Positions 7,934 through 17,859 of a DNA stretch of 64,000 bases are shown piece after piece. Made by a program: the position numbers and the translations under genes. A model generated the notes under the pieces. It saw only the letters and a program-made list of their open reading frames with translations. It did not search any database and was not told where the DNA came from. This DNA comes from Planctomycetota bacterium (GTDB lineage Bacteria; Planctomycetota; GCA-002687715; CAIWVZ01): contig JBGANV010000001.1 of assembly GCA_044222185.1 (NCBI GenBank), positions 1,536,001-1,600,000 of the forward strand. Direction: 5' to 3'. Position 1 is the first letter of the stretch. Every line of letters starts with the position of its first letter.

Positions 7934-10375
7934 GTGAGCGCACGGAATCCATCCCAACAGGCGCCAGGCACCAGCCCGGCGTCGCCTGAACCACGACGCT
8001 CGCGCATCCGCGCGCTCGCGGCCCTGGCGATCATCGCCATGTTCGCGACTGCACAGGAGACGGCGCCCGCCGACGGTACGTTCACGCTCACGATTCCCGA
8101 GGAAGGGCTCGCGCTCGACGTGCTGCTGGCGCGGGCCGGGGCAGTCACGGGCCGGACGTTCCTGTTCGCAGATCAGTCTCAGACCAAGGGCAAGGTCGTT
8201 CGAATGCTGGGCACGGTCCGCGTGCCCCAGAACGAGGCGTTCGACCTCTACCAGTCCATCCTCGTGACGCAGGGCTTTGCGTTGAGCCCCCTCGGCCAGG
8301 ACTCGCGCCGCGTGTACCTCGTCGAAAACATCGAGCAGGCGAAGTTCCTGAAACAACGCGCGCCGTTCGTCCACGAGAACAACCTGGTGAACTTCCGCAA
8401 CCAGGTCGGCACCGTGATCATGACCACGCTCTCCATGCGGTGGATCAAGGTCGCGAACGTCCGTGGCGCCGTGACGCAGATCATGGGAGCCCGCTCGGCG
8501 GAGTTCGCGCAGGAGGTCGAGTCGGCGAACTCGCTGATCGTCGTCGGCTTCGCGCCGACGATCTTCGCCGTCGCCCAGATCGTCCACGCCATGGACGTCC
8601 CCGACGCCGATGCGATCCAAGGCGTCGACCTGGTTCCACTCCAATTCGCCGTAGCCGAGGAGTTGGAACCGATCCTGAAGGATCTCATCACGGGCGAAAG
8701 CAGCTCCGGTGGGGCATCAGGCGCGAGCGGCGCTCCGTCGCTCCTCAACAGGTCCCGCGGCCTGCCGGGGCAGCCCCCGGGGCAGGTGAACGCACGTCCT
8801 GCGCCCAAGATCATCGCCGAACCCCGGACGAATTCGATCGTGCTTTACGCGACGCCGCCCGACATCGCCGAGATCAAACGGCTCATCGCCCAGTTCGACG
8901 TGGAGGTCAAGGACCCCGTCAGCAACATCCACATCTACCGGCTGAAGAACTCGGATGCGGCCCGCACGGCAGACGTCCTACGCGAGCTCCTCGGACAGAG
9001 CGGTTCCGGCTCGCGTGGTGGCCGGTCCCTCGGGACGCAGGCCCGCGGCGGATCGCGAGGCAGTGCGGGTGGCGCATCCGGCGCAGGCGAGCAGCTCCAG
9101 GACGCGCGCGTCGTGGCCGAGCGCCACAACAATGCCCTGCTCGTCGTCGCCTCTCCCCTGCAGTGGGAACGTCTCGAGGCGCTCATCAAGCAACTCGATC
9201 AACGACGTCCGCAGGTCCTGATCCAGACGGCAATCGCGGACCTGAGCTCGAACGATCTGCGCAACATGGGGGTGGAGATCGAGGCGCTCCAGGGCGGCGA
9301 CGGGCTGAGGTTCGGCGCCCTCACCGGATTCGGACTCTCCGCGACGACGATCTCGAACTCGGTGCTGGGCGGCGGGAATCCGGCGACGGGCCCCGGGAGC
9401 GGAACCGGAACGGGAGGCGGCGCGGGCTCGGGCGGCGGCACTGGCTCCGGTGGCGGAAGCGGTGGCGGTGGAACGTCGACGGGCCGACCGGGCCTGGTGC
9501 GAGTCCCGTTTGCCGCTGGCAACTCGATCAACCTCAACGGCGGCATCTTCGGGATCTTCAACGACAACCTGAACGTGCCGTTGCTGATCTCGCTGCTGAA
9601 GCAGACCAGCTCCGGCAACCTCATCTCCACGCCGGCCGTCCTGACGAACGACAACGAAGAGTCGCGCATCGAGAGCTCGCGATTCGTGGGAACCACGAGC
9701 CAGCAGACGACGCGGGGTGGCACCGACAACCAGAGCTTCGACGGATACCAGGAGGCGAAGATCGAGCTGATCGTTTCGCCGCACGTCAGCAACGACAGCT
9801 ACGTGCGACTCGAGATCGAGGTGACCGTCGAGGCGTTCGTCACGTCCGCCGAATCCCGGCCGTCGACCGTGCCGCCCAACAAGACGCGACGCCACCTCGT
9901 CGGCTCGGTCACGTGTCCGAACGGTCGAACCGTCCTCATCGGCGGGCTCACGAAACTCGACGACGCGGAGCAGCAGCAGGCCGTTCCGTTCCTCGACCAG
10001 ATCCCCATACTCGGCGAGCTCTTCAAGAACACGTCACACAGCATGGATCGCCAGACGTTGCACGTGTTCCTCACCCCGACGATCGTCGACGACTTCTCGA
10101 AGATCGAAGAGGTGTCGACGGAGAAGAAGCTCGAGATGCTGAAGCTCCAGGGCCAGCTTCGTCTCGTCGATCCCGAGTTCAGGCCGATCCTCCTGAACGA
10201 CCCGGATCTGCCGATCGCGACCATCGAGGCCACGTCGGGGCTGGACGTACCGAGGTACGCGAGCCTCGGAGGCCCCGCACCCGCACCACCGGCACCACAG
10301 GACCCCAAGCCAACGGGACCGGAGTCGGAGGCGACGAAGCCGCCTTCCCCGAAACCGGGCGAGCGAAGAGAATGA
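7934..10375 (+). CDS. gspD: Type II secretion secretin GspD, copy 2 (paralogue with Gly/Ser-rich insertions)
   Basis: Same domain order as copy 1, with shared blocks FLKQRAPFVH, IKVANVRGAV, QEVESAN, GGIFGIFN, LNVPLLIS, GYQEAKIELI, IPxLGELFKNT. Confidence 0.9.
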   Translation: MSARNPSQQAPGTSPASPEPRRSRIRALAALAIIAMFATAQETAPADGTFTLTIPEEGLALDVLLARAGAVTGRTFLFADQSQTKGKVVRMLGTVRVPQNEAFDLYQSILVTQGFALSPLGQDSRRVYLVENIEQAKFLKQRAPFVHENNLVNFRNQVGTVIMTTLSMRWIKVANVRGAVTQIMGARSAEFAQEVESANSLIVVGFAPTIFAVAQIVHAMDVPDADAIQGVDLVPLQFAVAEELEPILKDLITGESSSGGASGASGAPSLLNRSRGLPGQPPGQVNARPAPKIIAEPRTNSIVLYATPPDIAEIKRLIAQFDVEVKDPVSNIHIYRLKNSDAARTADVLRELLGQSGSGSRGGRSLGTQARGGSRGSAGGASGAGEQLQDARVVAERHNNALLVVASPLQWERLEALIKQLDQRRPQVLIQTAIADLSSNDLRNMGVEIEALQGGDGLRFGALTGFGLSATTISNSVLGGGNPATGPGSGTGTGGGAGSGGGTGSGGGSGGGGTSTGRPGLVRVPFAAGNSINLNGGIFGIFNDNLNVPLLISLLKQTSSGNLISTPAVLTNDNEESRIESSRFVGTTSQQTTRGGTDNQSFDGYQEAKIELIVSPHVSNDSYVRLEIEVTVEAFVTSAESRPSTVPPNKTRRHLVGSVTCPNGRTVLIGGLTKLDDAEQQQAVPFLDQIPILGELFKNTSHSMDRQTLHVFLTPTIVDDFSKIEEVSTEKKLEMLKLQGQLRLVDPEFRPILLNDPDLPIATIEATSGLDVPRYASLGGPAPAPPAPQDPKPTGPESEATKPPSPKPGERRE

Positions 10376-10430
10376 CCGGCTGCACCGGTGCCGACCACCG
10401 TGAGCCGCGATCGAACACAAAGGAACGACC

Positions 10431-12134
10431 GTGAAGGACAAACTGATCGACAAGCTTGGCGAGAAGCTCCCCCACGACAAACTGGCCGATTGCCTTCGAA
10501 TCGAGGCCGAGTCCGGCCAGACCCTCGACAAGATCATCCTGCGCAAGGGACTCCTCGTCGAAGAGGATCTTCTTGCGCTCTTCGCCGACGCCTTCGGCTA
10601 CCAGTTCAAGGCGACCATCGACGGGGTGAAGGTGCCTGAAGCGTTCACCACCCGCGTCCCGATGCAATTCGCCCGCAACTACACCCTTCTCGGGATCGAC
10701 GAGAAGGACGGCGTGATGCACGTGGCGACGTGCAGTCCATTCGAGGTTTATCCCATGGATGAAGCGGCCTCCATGCTCCACATGGAGGTCGAGCCCGTCT
10801 TCGTCCCCCGCATGGCCATCACCGCCATGCTCAACAAGGCCTACCGTCACTCCGCCGACGTCGTCGACGAGGCCATCGAGACGATCCAGGAGGACACGCT
10901 CGACGACCTCTCGTCACTCGTCAGCGAATCGGAAGACCTGCTCGACGTCGCCAACAAGGCGCCGATCATCAAGCTGGTCAACATGGTGCTGTTCCAGGCG
11001 CTGAAGATGCGAGCGTCCGACATTCACCTCCAGCCCTTCGAGGATCGGCTCCAGATCCGGTACCGCATCGACGGCGTTCTCTACGACATGGAGGCCGTCC
11101 CGAAGAAGGTCCAGGACGCCGTGATCTCTCGCGTGAAGGTCATGGGCAAGATGGACATCGCCGAGCGCCGCGTCCCGCAGGACGGTCGCGCCACGATCAA
11201 GATCGGCGACTCGGAGGTCGACGTGCGCATCTCGTCGGTTCCGACGAACAACGGCGAGCGCATCGTCATGCGGCTCCTCGACAAGACGACGAACGTCTAC
11301 CACCTGAACGAGATCGGGCTCAGTGCCGAGCACCTGGAGACCGTCCGTCGGTTCTCGAACATGGCGCACGGGATCGTGTTCGTCACTGGCCCGACGGGCT
11401 CGGGCAAGACGACGACTCTGTACGGCATGCTCGCCGAGATCAACTCGGCCGAGGTCAACATCATCACGATCGAGGATCCGATCGAGTACCACCTGGCCGG
11501 CATCAGCCAGATCCAGGTGTCGAACAAGAAGGGCCTCACGTTCGCGGCCGGCTTGCGATCGCTCCTGCGTCAGGACCCGGACATCATGATGGTCGGCGAG
11601 GTCCGCGACGAGGAAACGGCCCGCATCGCCATCCAGGCTGCACTCACGGGTCACCTCGTATTGTCCACGCTTCACACGAACGACTCGGCAGGCGCCGTTA
11701 CCCGCATGCTCGACATCGGGATCGAGCCGTACCTCGTCGCCTCGTCGTTGATCGGCGTGATCGCACAGCGGCTCGTGCGACTCATCTGCCCGGAATGCCG
11801 CGAAGAATTCGAACCGGCTGGCGAGGAGCTGGCCGAGATGAAGGAAGTCAAGCTCAGCCGCTCGGACTTCCCCAACGGGCGGCTCTTCCGCGGTCGCGGC
11901 TGCGACAACTGCTTCAACACGGGGTACACCGGCCGAACGGCCATCTACGAAGTGCTGAAGATCAACGACACCATCCGCCAACTGGTCGTCGACCGCGCCA
12001 GCGCCACGGCCATCAAGCAGGCTGCGTTGAAGAACGGATTGATCACGTTGCGCGGCGACGGAATCGCCAAGGTCAAGGCCGGACAGACGACGCTGGGCGA
12101 AATCCTCCGCGTGACGCAGCTGGATATCGAGTAA
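10431..12134 (+). CDS. gspE: Type II secretion ATPase GspE
   Basis: ASDIHLQP, MDIAERRVPQDG, Walker A GPTGSGKT, EDPIE, LRQDPDIMMVGEVRD, TGHLVLSTLHTN, CPEC...CDNC. Confidence 0.95.
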   Translation: MKDKLIDKLGEKLPHDKLADCLRIEAESGQTLDKIILRKGLLVEEDLLALFADAFGYQFKATIDGVKVPEAFTTRVPMQFARNYTLLGIDEKDGVMHVATCSPFEVYPMDEAASMLHMEVEPVFVPRMAITAMLNKAYRHSADVVDEAIETIQEDTLDDLSSLVSESEDLLDVANKAPIIKLVNMVLFQALKMRASDIHLQPFEDRLQIRYRIDGVLYDMEAVPKKVQDAVISRVKVMGKMDIAERRVPQDGRATIKIGDSEVDVRISSVPTNNGERIVMRLLDKTTNVYHLNEIGLSAEHLETVRRFSNMAHGIVFVTGPTGSGKTTTLYGMLAEINSAEVNIITIEDPIEYHLAGISQIQVSNKKGLTFAAGLRSLLRQDPDIMMVGEVRDEETARIAIQAALTGHLVLSTLHTNDSAGAVTRMLDIGIEPYLVASSLIGVIAQRLVRLICPECREEFEPAGEELAEMKEVKLSRSDFPNGRLFRGRGCDNCFNTGYTGRTAIYEVLKINDTIRQLVVDRASATAIKQAALKNGLITLRGDGIAKVKAGQTTLGEILRVTQLDIE

Positions 12135-12141
12135 TTCACCG

Positions 12142-13371
12142 ATGCCGATCTTCGAATACAAGGCCTTCGATCGCGGCGGTGCCCAGAAGAGCGGCATCGT
12201 CGACGCCGACTCGCCACGCGACGCGCGAGTCAAGCTTCGTGGCGACGGCATCCACGTCGTCGAGATCTGGCCGCTCGCCGACAAGAAGGATGCCAAGGCG
12301 ACGGCGAAGGGCGGCCGCAAGCTGTTCATGCGCCGCGTCGACCCCAACGAGCTCTGCATCGTCACGCGCCAGCTCGGAACGCTGCTGCGCGCCGGCATCA
12401 CGATCGTCGACGCGCTGAAGGCGCTCATCGATCAGGTCGACAACAAGGACTTCGAGAAGGTCTTTCGCGACATCCGCGAGAAGGTGACACAGGGCGACAC
12501 CTTCGCTGACGCGCTGAAGCACCACCCCGGGTACTTCACGGATCTGTACGTGAACATGGTTCGCGCGGGTGAGGCGTCGGGACATCTGGACGAGATCCTC
12601 GCGCGCCTCGCGGCCTACCTCACGCGTCAGAACCGCCTTCGCAACCGCATCGTCTCCGCTCTCGTCTATCCGGTCATCATGATCGTCGTCGGCATCGGCG
12701 TCGTCATCCTCCTGATGACGGTCGTCGTCCCGAACCTGACGTCGCTGTTCAAGAAGGTGGGCAAGCAGCTGCCGGCCATCACCGAGGCGCTGATCGTCAT
12801 CTCGGGCTTCTTCCAGAAGTACTGGTGGACGATCGTCCTCGGGATGTTCCTCGTGTGGCTCCTGCGCAAGGTCACGCTCGCGACCGAGGACGGCCGCCTC
12901 CGGTACGACCGGCTGATGATGCGCATGCCTGCGGTCGGCGACCTCATCCGCAAGAACGCGATCAACCGATTCGCCACGACGACGGCCATCCTCATCAAGT
13001 CCGGCATCCCGGTTCTCGAGGCCTTCCGGATCGTCCAGAACGTGGTCCAGAACGCCGTGATCGCCAAGGTCATCGGCGAGTGTCACGACGCCATCGTGGA
13101 AGGCTCGGACATCGCCACCCCACTCCTGGCGTCCAAGGCCTTCCCCTCCATGGTCGGGTACATGATCGCGACCGGCGAGCAGTCCGGGCAGCTGGAGGAC
13201 ATCCTGGAGAAGATCTCGGAGGCCTACGACGAGGAAGTCGAGGTGGCCACGCAGCGCATGACGGCGGTCCTCGAACCCGTTATCATCATTGCCCTTGCGG
13301 CGGTCGTACTCTTCGTCGTGCTCGCCATCGTGACACCGCTCCTGCAGATGGGTACGCTCACCCGCAAGTAG
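12142..13371 (+). CDS. gspF: Type II secretion inner-membrane platform protein GspF
   Basis: RQLGTLLRAG, RAGEASGHL, SALVYP, TGEQSGQLE, LEPVII; three TM segments. Confidence 0.95.
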   Translation: MPIFEYKAFDRGGAQKSGIVDADSPRDARVKLRGDGIHVVEIWPLADKKDAKATAKGGRKLFMRRVDPNELCIVTRQLGTLLRAGITIVDALKALIDQVDNKDFEKVFRDIREKVTQGDTFADALKHHPGYFTDLYVNMVRAGEASGHLDEILARLAAYLTRQNRLRNRIVSALVYPVIMIVVGIGVVILLMTVVVPNLTSLFKKVGKQLPAITEALIVISGFFQKYWWTIVLGMFLVWLLRKVTLATEDGRLRYDRLMMRMPAVGDLIRKNAINRFATTTAILIKSGIPVLEAFRIVQNVVQNAVIAKVIGECHDAIVEGSDIATPLLASKAFPSMVGYMIATGEQSGQLEDILEKISEAYDEEVEVATQRMTAVLEPVIIIALAAVVLFVVLAIVTPLLQMGTLTRK

Positions 13372-13485
13372 GCCGGCGCACCGTCAGGAAGCTTTCGGTC
13401 ACGGCGATCGTCTCACATCCGTCCACAATGCAATGGCGCCCGTCCAGCGCGGCGGGCGCGGCAGTCGAACATTCGGAAACCAGCC

Positions 13486-13947
13486 ATGTTTGAAGACACG
13501 CCTCGCAAGACTCGTTTGCACCGCCCGGATGGCGGCTTCTCCCTGCTCGAGATCCTCATCGCCGTCACGATCCTCGTGCTCATGGGCGGCGTCGTGGCCG
13601 TCAACCTGTTCCCCAACATCTTCAAGGCCCAGCGGGACAGGGCCCAGGTCGACGTCGACGTGATCAAGGAAGCGATCGGCACGTGGCGGCTCGGCCACAA
13701 CGGCAAGCTGCCCGATGCCGGCGAATTCCCACAGTGCCTCACCGAGAAGGGCGAGGACGGCCGCGAGCCGTACCTCGACTCGGACAAGCTCGTCGAGGGC
13801 CGACTCCTCGATCCGTGGGGCCACGAGTACGTCTACACCAAGCACTCGTCGAGTTCGTTCGAGGTCATCTCGTACGGGGCCGACGGCGCGCCGGGCGGTG
13901 AGGGCGACAACGCCGACATCTCCTCGAAGCGCAACAAGGACAACTGA
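13486..13947 (+). CDS. gspG: Major pseudopilin GspG
   Basis: Prepilin site G|FSLLE; DPWGHEYVY...ISYGADGAPGGEGDNADI signature. Confidence 0.93.
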   Translation: MFEDTPRKTRLHRPDGGFSLLEILIAVTILVLMGGVVAVNLFPNIFKAQRDRAQVDVDVIKEAIGTWRLGHNGKLPDAGEFPQCLTEKGEDGREPYLDSDKLVEGRLLDPWGHEYVYTKHSSSSFEVISYGADGAPGGEGDNADISSKRNKDN

Positions 13948-13955
13948 GCGGCGCC

Positions 13956-14708
13956 ATGAGCCGCCCCCTCGCTGCCGGACCGCTGTCACGACGCACCTGC
14001 GCCGAGGGCTTCAGCCTCGTCGAGATCCTGATCGCCCTCGCCATCCTCGTGATGGCGAGCGGCCTCATCATCGTCGATCACACGGGGACGGCGAACCGCG
14101 AGCGCCTGAAGGCGGCGAGTCGGCGCATCGCGGGGTTCTGCGAGCGCGCGCGCTCCGAGGCGATCTCACGGCAGGTTGCGTGCCTGCTCGAACTCGACTT
14201 CACGAAGAGCGAGTTCCGCTTCGTTCCGGACCCGATCCGTGACGACTTCGGGTTCTTCGTCAACCCGGACACGGAGCAGCTCATGTCGGCCGAGGAGCTC
14301 GCCGACTGGGATGCGTCTTTCGAGTGGGAGCCTCTCCCCCGCGAGGTCTTCTTCGTCGACATCCAAGTCTCCGCCAAGATGATGTTCGACGGCCGCCACC
14401 AGCAGCCGATCCGCATTCGTTTCCCGACCGACGGCTCCGTCGACCCGTTCGTGGTTCATCTGAAGAACACTCAGAACGACGTGGCCAGCGTCGTGATGAA
14501 CGGACTGACGGGCGTCGCCGAGGCCGTCCCCGAGATCGTCGCGTTCCTCGAGGCGGACGCCACCGATTTCACGTCCGTGATGGGCAACGCGGCTCCGACC
14601 GGAAGCGGCGGCGGATCCGACGGTGGAAACAAGAGCTCCAAGAGCGGTGGCTCCAACGCCAAGAAGTCCTCATCCTCCGACAAGTCGAGCAACTCGAAGT
14701 CGCGATAG
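13956..14708 (+). CDS. Minor pseudopilin, GspH-like
   Basis: G|FSLVE, ARSEAI, IRFPTDGS (GspH/FimT-like); position after gspG; Ser/Lys-rich tail. Confidence 0.8.
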   Translation: MSRPLAAGPLSRRTCAEGFSLVEILIALAILVMASGLIIVDHTGTANRERLKAASRRIAGFCERARSEAISRQVACLLELDFTKSEFRFVPDPIRDDFGFFVNPDTEQLMSAEELADWDASFEWEPLPREVFFVDIQVSAKMMFDGRHQQPIRIRFPTDGSVDPFVVHLKNTQNDVASVVMNGLTGVAEAVPEIVAFLEADATDFTSVMGNAAPTGSGGGSDGGNKSSKSGGSNAKKSSSSDKSSNSKSR

Positions 14709-14718
14709 CGAGCCCAAC

Positions 14719-15441
14719 ATGAAGCGCGCGAAGCGAACGGACCTGGGTTTCACGTTGATCGAAGTGATGGTGACGCTCGTCATCGTCGCGGCGGGCATGT
14801 CCAGTCTCCTCGCGACGCTCGGAGGGGCCGTCAACGACGCGCTCGAGACCAAGGTCAACCGTCAGCTGAAGCAGCTCGTCCAGTTTCAGATCGGGCAGGT
14901 CTCGATCGGGCAGCTCCACCCGGACGAGGAAGATCCGTTCCCGGACGGCCAGACGGGCGACTTCAGCGACGTCGGCGGCTACCCGGAGGAATACGCGCCA
15001 TTCAGCTGGCAGATCTACCGCGAAGAGGTGGCGATCTGCGGCACGGATGACGAGGAAATGGAGAAGGCTGGCTTCAAGCAGGACGGAAGCGGCGCGTTCA
15101 TCCGGCCCCAGACCGACGATTTCCTGAGCGGGCGGAAGTCCGGCGGCGGATCGGGCGGCCCGCTTGGGTCCGGGTCCGACGAGGAGGAAGAGCCCAAGGG
15201 ACAGTTCAAGGTCCGGTTGACGCTCGTGGTCCGGTGGCACGCCGAGAGCCAGGACGAGGACAAGGAATTCTCGATCACGACCTTCCTGCCCGCGAAGGAC
15301 GAAGAGCAACAGGACATGAGCGACGGCGCTGGCGGACCGGGTGGCCCCGGGGCTCCAGGCGGACCGGGCGCGGGCGGCACCCCGCTCGGCGGTCAGCAGG
15401 GCGCGATGGACCGCTCGGGCGGTTCGAAGGACAAGCGATGA
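14719..15441 (+). CDS. Minor pseudopilin, GspI-like
   Basis: MKRAKRTDLG|FTLIEVMVTL; position in the cluster; Gly/Pro-rich tail. Confidence 0.78.
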   Translation: MKRAKRTDLGFTLIEVMVTLVIVAAGMSSLLATLGGAVNDALETKVNRQLKQLVQFQIGQVSIGQLHPDEEDPFPDGQTGDFSDVGGYPEEYAPFSWQIYREEVAICGTDDEEMEKAGFKQDGSGAFIRPQTDDFLSGRKSGGGSGGPLGSGSDEEEEPKGQFKVRLTLVVRWHAESQDEDKEFSITTFLPAKDEEQQDMSDGAGGPGGPGAPGGPGAGGTPLGGQQGAMDRSGGSKDKR

Positions 15442-16520
15442 AGCGCCAATCCGGGTTCACCTTGATCGAAGTCCTCCTTGCGATCGCCATCGGCGGCATC
15501 CTCATGACGATGATGTTCACCGGGCTCGACACCGCAGTCCGGACGCGCCAGAAGGTCGCCGACTACTCGACGCCCTACGCCATCGGCCCCGCGATCCTCG
15601 ATCGCCTCGAGGCCGATCTCCAGAACGCCTACTGCTACGACATCAAGGACAACGACTACTTCTGGGGCGCCGACGCCGAGGTCTCCGGGAAGGAAGCCGA
15701 CGGCATCTCATTCATCAGCGCCACGCCCGCGCAAGTTGGTGAAGAGTCGCTGAAGTCGTCGGTGCACACGGGACGTGAAGGCGTCGAGGCCGACGACCGA
15801 TTCAACCAGTGGCGCCGGGGCTCCATGTCCGAAGTCCAATACGTGTGCCGGCCGAGCCGGCGCTTCCAGGACACGCTCGAGCTGTGGCGTCGCGAGGACT
15901 TCTACGTCGACGATTCGGTCCACGAGGGTGGCCTCTACCGGATGGTCTACGACCGCGTGTTCTCCCTGAGATTCGAGTATGTCCGCCGCAACACGACGGG
16001 CGGCGGCGGAATCGCGGGCGCGACCGAGCGTACGGCGGACCAGATGCGCCAGGACGGCTGGGCGTGCATGGAAGAGGACGGTCTCCCCCGCGCGGTGATC
16101 GTGACGCTCGCGATCTATGCGCGTGAGCCGGAAGACCGGATCGACGCGGAACCGGAGGTTTTCACGTTCCGCCGATGGATCCCGCTCCCGCAAGCCCAGG
16201 TGAGCACCGACTCCGAGAAACAGGTGATGGACTGGCCCGGCACACTCACGATGCCTTCAGACGGGGGCGGCGGCGGCGCCCGCAACCGCGGCGGCCGAAA
16301 CGGACCCGGTGGCGGGCCGGATCAACCTGGCCAGCAGGTCCCAGGCGGCGGACGACGCGGCGGCGGTCGCGGCGGGCGCCCTGGAACTCCGTCGGCGGGC
16401 GGAGCGGCCGGCGGCAACAACCCGTTCCTCCAGGCCCTCCAAAACCGGGGCAACCGCGGCGGAGGCGGTGGCGGCGGGAACAACCCGTTCGCCAACCTGT
16501 TCCGGCCGGGCGGACGCTGA
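15438..16520 (+). CDS. Minor pseudopilin, GspJ-like
   Basis: MKRQSG|FTLIEVLLAIAI, LDRLEADLQNA, GLPRAVIVTL (GspJ-like). ATGA overlap with the previous gene. Gly/Arg-rich tail. Confidence 0.82.
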   Translation: MKRQSGFTLIEVLLAIAIGGILMTMMFTGLDTAVRTRQKVADYSTPYAIGPAILDRLEADLQNAYCYDIKDNDYFWGADAEVSGKEADGISFISATPAQVGEESLKSSVHTGREGVEADDRFNQWRRGSMSEVQYVCRPSRRFQDTLELWRREDFYVDDSVHEGGLYRMVYDRVFSLRFEYVRRNTTGGGGIAGATERTADQMRQDGWACMEEDGLPRAVIVTLAIYAREPEDRIDAEPEVFTFRRWIPLPQAQVSTDSEKQVMDWPGTLTMPSDGGGGGARNRGGRNGPGGGPDQPGQQVPGGGRRGGGRGGRPGTPSAGGAAGGNNPFLQALQNRGNRGGGGGGGNNPFANLFRPGGR

Positions 16521-16566
16521 ACGTCACGGCCGCGTCCGCGCGCCGGCCCTGCGCCCCGCGCGCCGA

Positions 16567-17844
16567 TCAGCGCTTCTTCGGCCGGATGACGTCGCGCCCG
16601 TTCATGTACGGGCGCAGCGCTTCGGGGATGACGACGGTCCCGTCCTCCTGCTGGTAGTTCTCCAGCAGCGGAATCAGGATGCGCGGGCTCGCGATCACCG
16701 TGTTGTTCAGCGTGTGGCAGAACTGGACCTTCCCGGCCGCATCGCGGTAGCGAAGGTTCAGGCGCCGCGCCTGGAACTCGTGGAAGCGGCTGGCGGAATG
16801 CGTCTCGCCGTAACCATTGCGCGACGGCATCCACGTCTCGATGTCGAACTTCTGCACCTGCGGCCGCCCCAGGTCGCCGCCGCAGACGTTCACGACCCGG
16901 TACGGCAGGCCGAGCGCCGTCAGCACGTGCTCGGCGTGGCCCAGGATCTCGGCGTGGAATTGCTTCGACAGCGCCTCGTCACCCTGGCAGATGATGACCT
17001 GCTCGATCTTCTGGAACTGGTGGATGCGATAGATGCCGCGCGTGTCGCGGCCGTAGGTTCCGGCTTCGCGGCGATAGCAATTGCTGAGGCCCACGTACTT
17101 CAGCGGAAGCTCGGCCTCATCCAGGATCTCGCCCCCGCGGTAGGCCGTGAGCGGAACCTCGGCCGTGCCGATGAGCCACGTCCCGTCCCGATCCGTGCGA
17201 TAGGCCTGCTCCTCGCCTCCCGGCAGGTACGCCGTTCCCGTCATGGCCTCGTCCCGGACGAGGTGCGGGACGAGCATCGGTGTGAACCCCTGACCAACCA
17301 TGTAGTCGAGCGCGAGCCGCAGCACGGCCAACTCGAGGAGCGCGCCCTCGTTCTTCAGGAAGTAGGTCCTGCTTCCGGCGATGCGGGTCGCTCGCTCCAC
17401 GTCCAGGATGTCGAGGGACGTCCCCAGGTCCACGTGATCCTTCGGCGTGAACGTGAAGGCGCGCGGCGAACCGACGCGCTTCACCTCGACGTTCTCCGTG
17501 TCGTCCTTGCCATCCGGCACCTCGGGGCTCGGGATGTTGGGGACCTTCAGCATGTGAAGCTGGAGTTCGTCTTCCTTCGTCTTCTGAAGCGTCTCGAGGT
17601 CGCGAATCTTCGACGAAAGGTCCTTCAAGAACGCGAGAAGCGCCTCCTTCTCCGCTCCAGCGAGCTTGGGGATCTCCTTGCTCTTCTGGTTCTGCTCGGC
17701 CTTCTGCGTCTCCACCTGGCGCTTCAGCTCGCGCACGTCGCGGTCGACGGCGAGGAGCCGGTCCACATCGACATCAATGCGCTTCTTCACGCACGCGGCG
17801 CGAACAGCGTCGCTGTTCTCGCGGATGAACCTGAGGTCCAGCAT
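16567..17844 (-). CDS. serS: Serine--tRNA ligase
   Basis: MLDLRFIREN, LIGTAEVPL, YRREAG...RGIYRIHQFQKIEQ, HTLNNT. Confidence 0.97.
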   Translation of the reverse strand: MLDLRFIRENSDAVRAACVKKRIDVDVDRLLAVDRDVRELKRQVETQKAEQNQKSKEIPKLAGAEKEALLAFLKDLSSKIRDLETLQKTKEDELQLHMLKVPNIPSPEVPDGKDDTENVEVKRVGSPRAFTFTPKDHVDLGTSLDILDVERATRIAGSRTYFLKNEGALLELAVLRLALDYMVGQGFTPMLVPHLVRDEAMTGTAYLPGGEEQAYRTDRDGTWLIGTAEVPLTAYRGGEILDEAELPLKYVGLSNCYRREAGTYGRDTRGIYRIHQFQKIEQVIICQGDEALSKQFHAEILGHAEHVLTALGLPYRVVNVCGGDLGRPQVQKFDIETWMPSRNGYGETHSASRFHEFQARRLNLRYRDAAGKVQFCHTLNNTVIASPRILIPLLENYQQEDGTVVIPEALRPYMNGRDVIRPKKR

Positions 17845-17859
17845 CGTCCGACGGTCTCC

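Noticed and set aside
8440-10434. Long same-strand alternative-frame ORFs (also 48195-50174 and 40890-42080)
   Set aside because: Arg/Gly-rich frame-shift shadows of real genes.
14709-14721. Complementarity of the candidate sRNA segment GUGUUGGGU to GCCCAACAU at the gspI-like start
   Set aside because: Only 9 bp with two G-U pairs; expected by chance in 64 kb.
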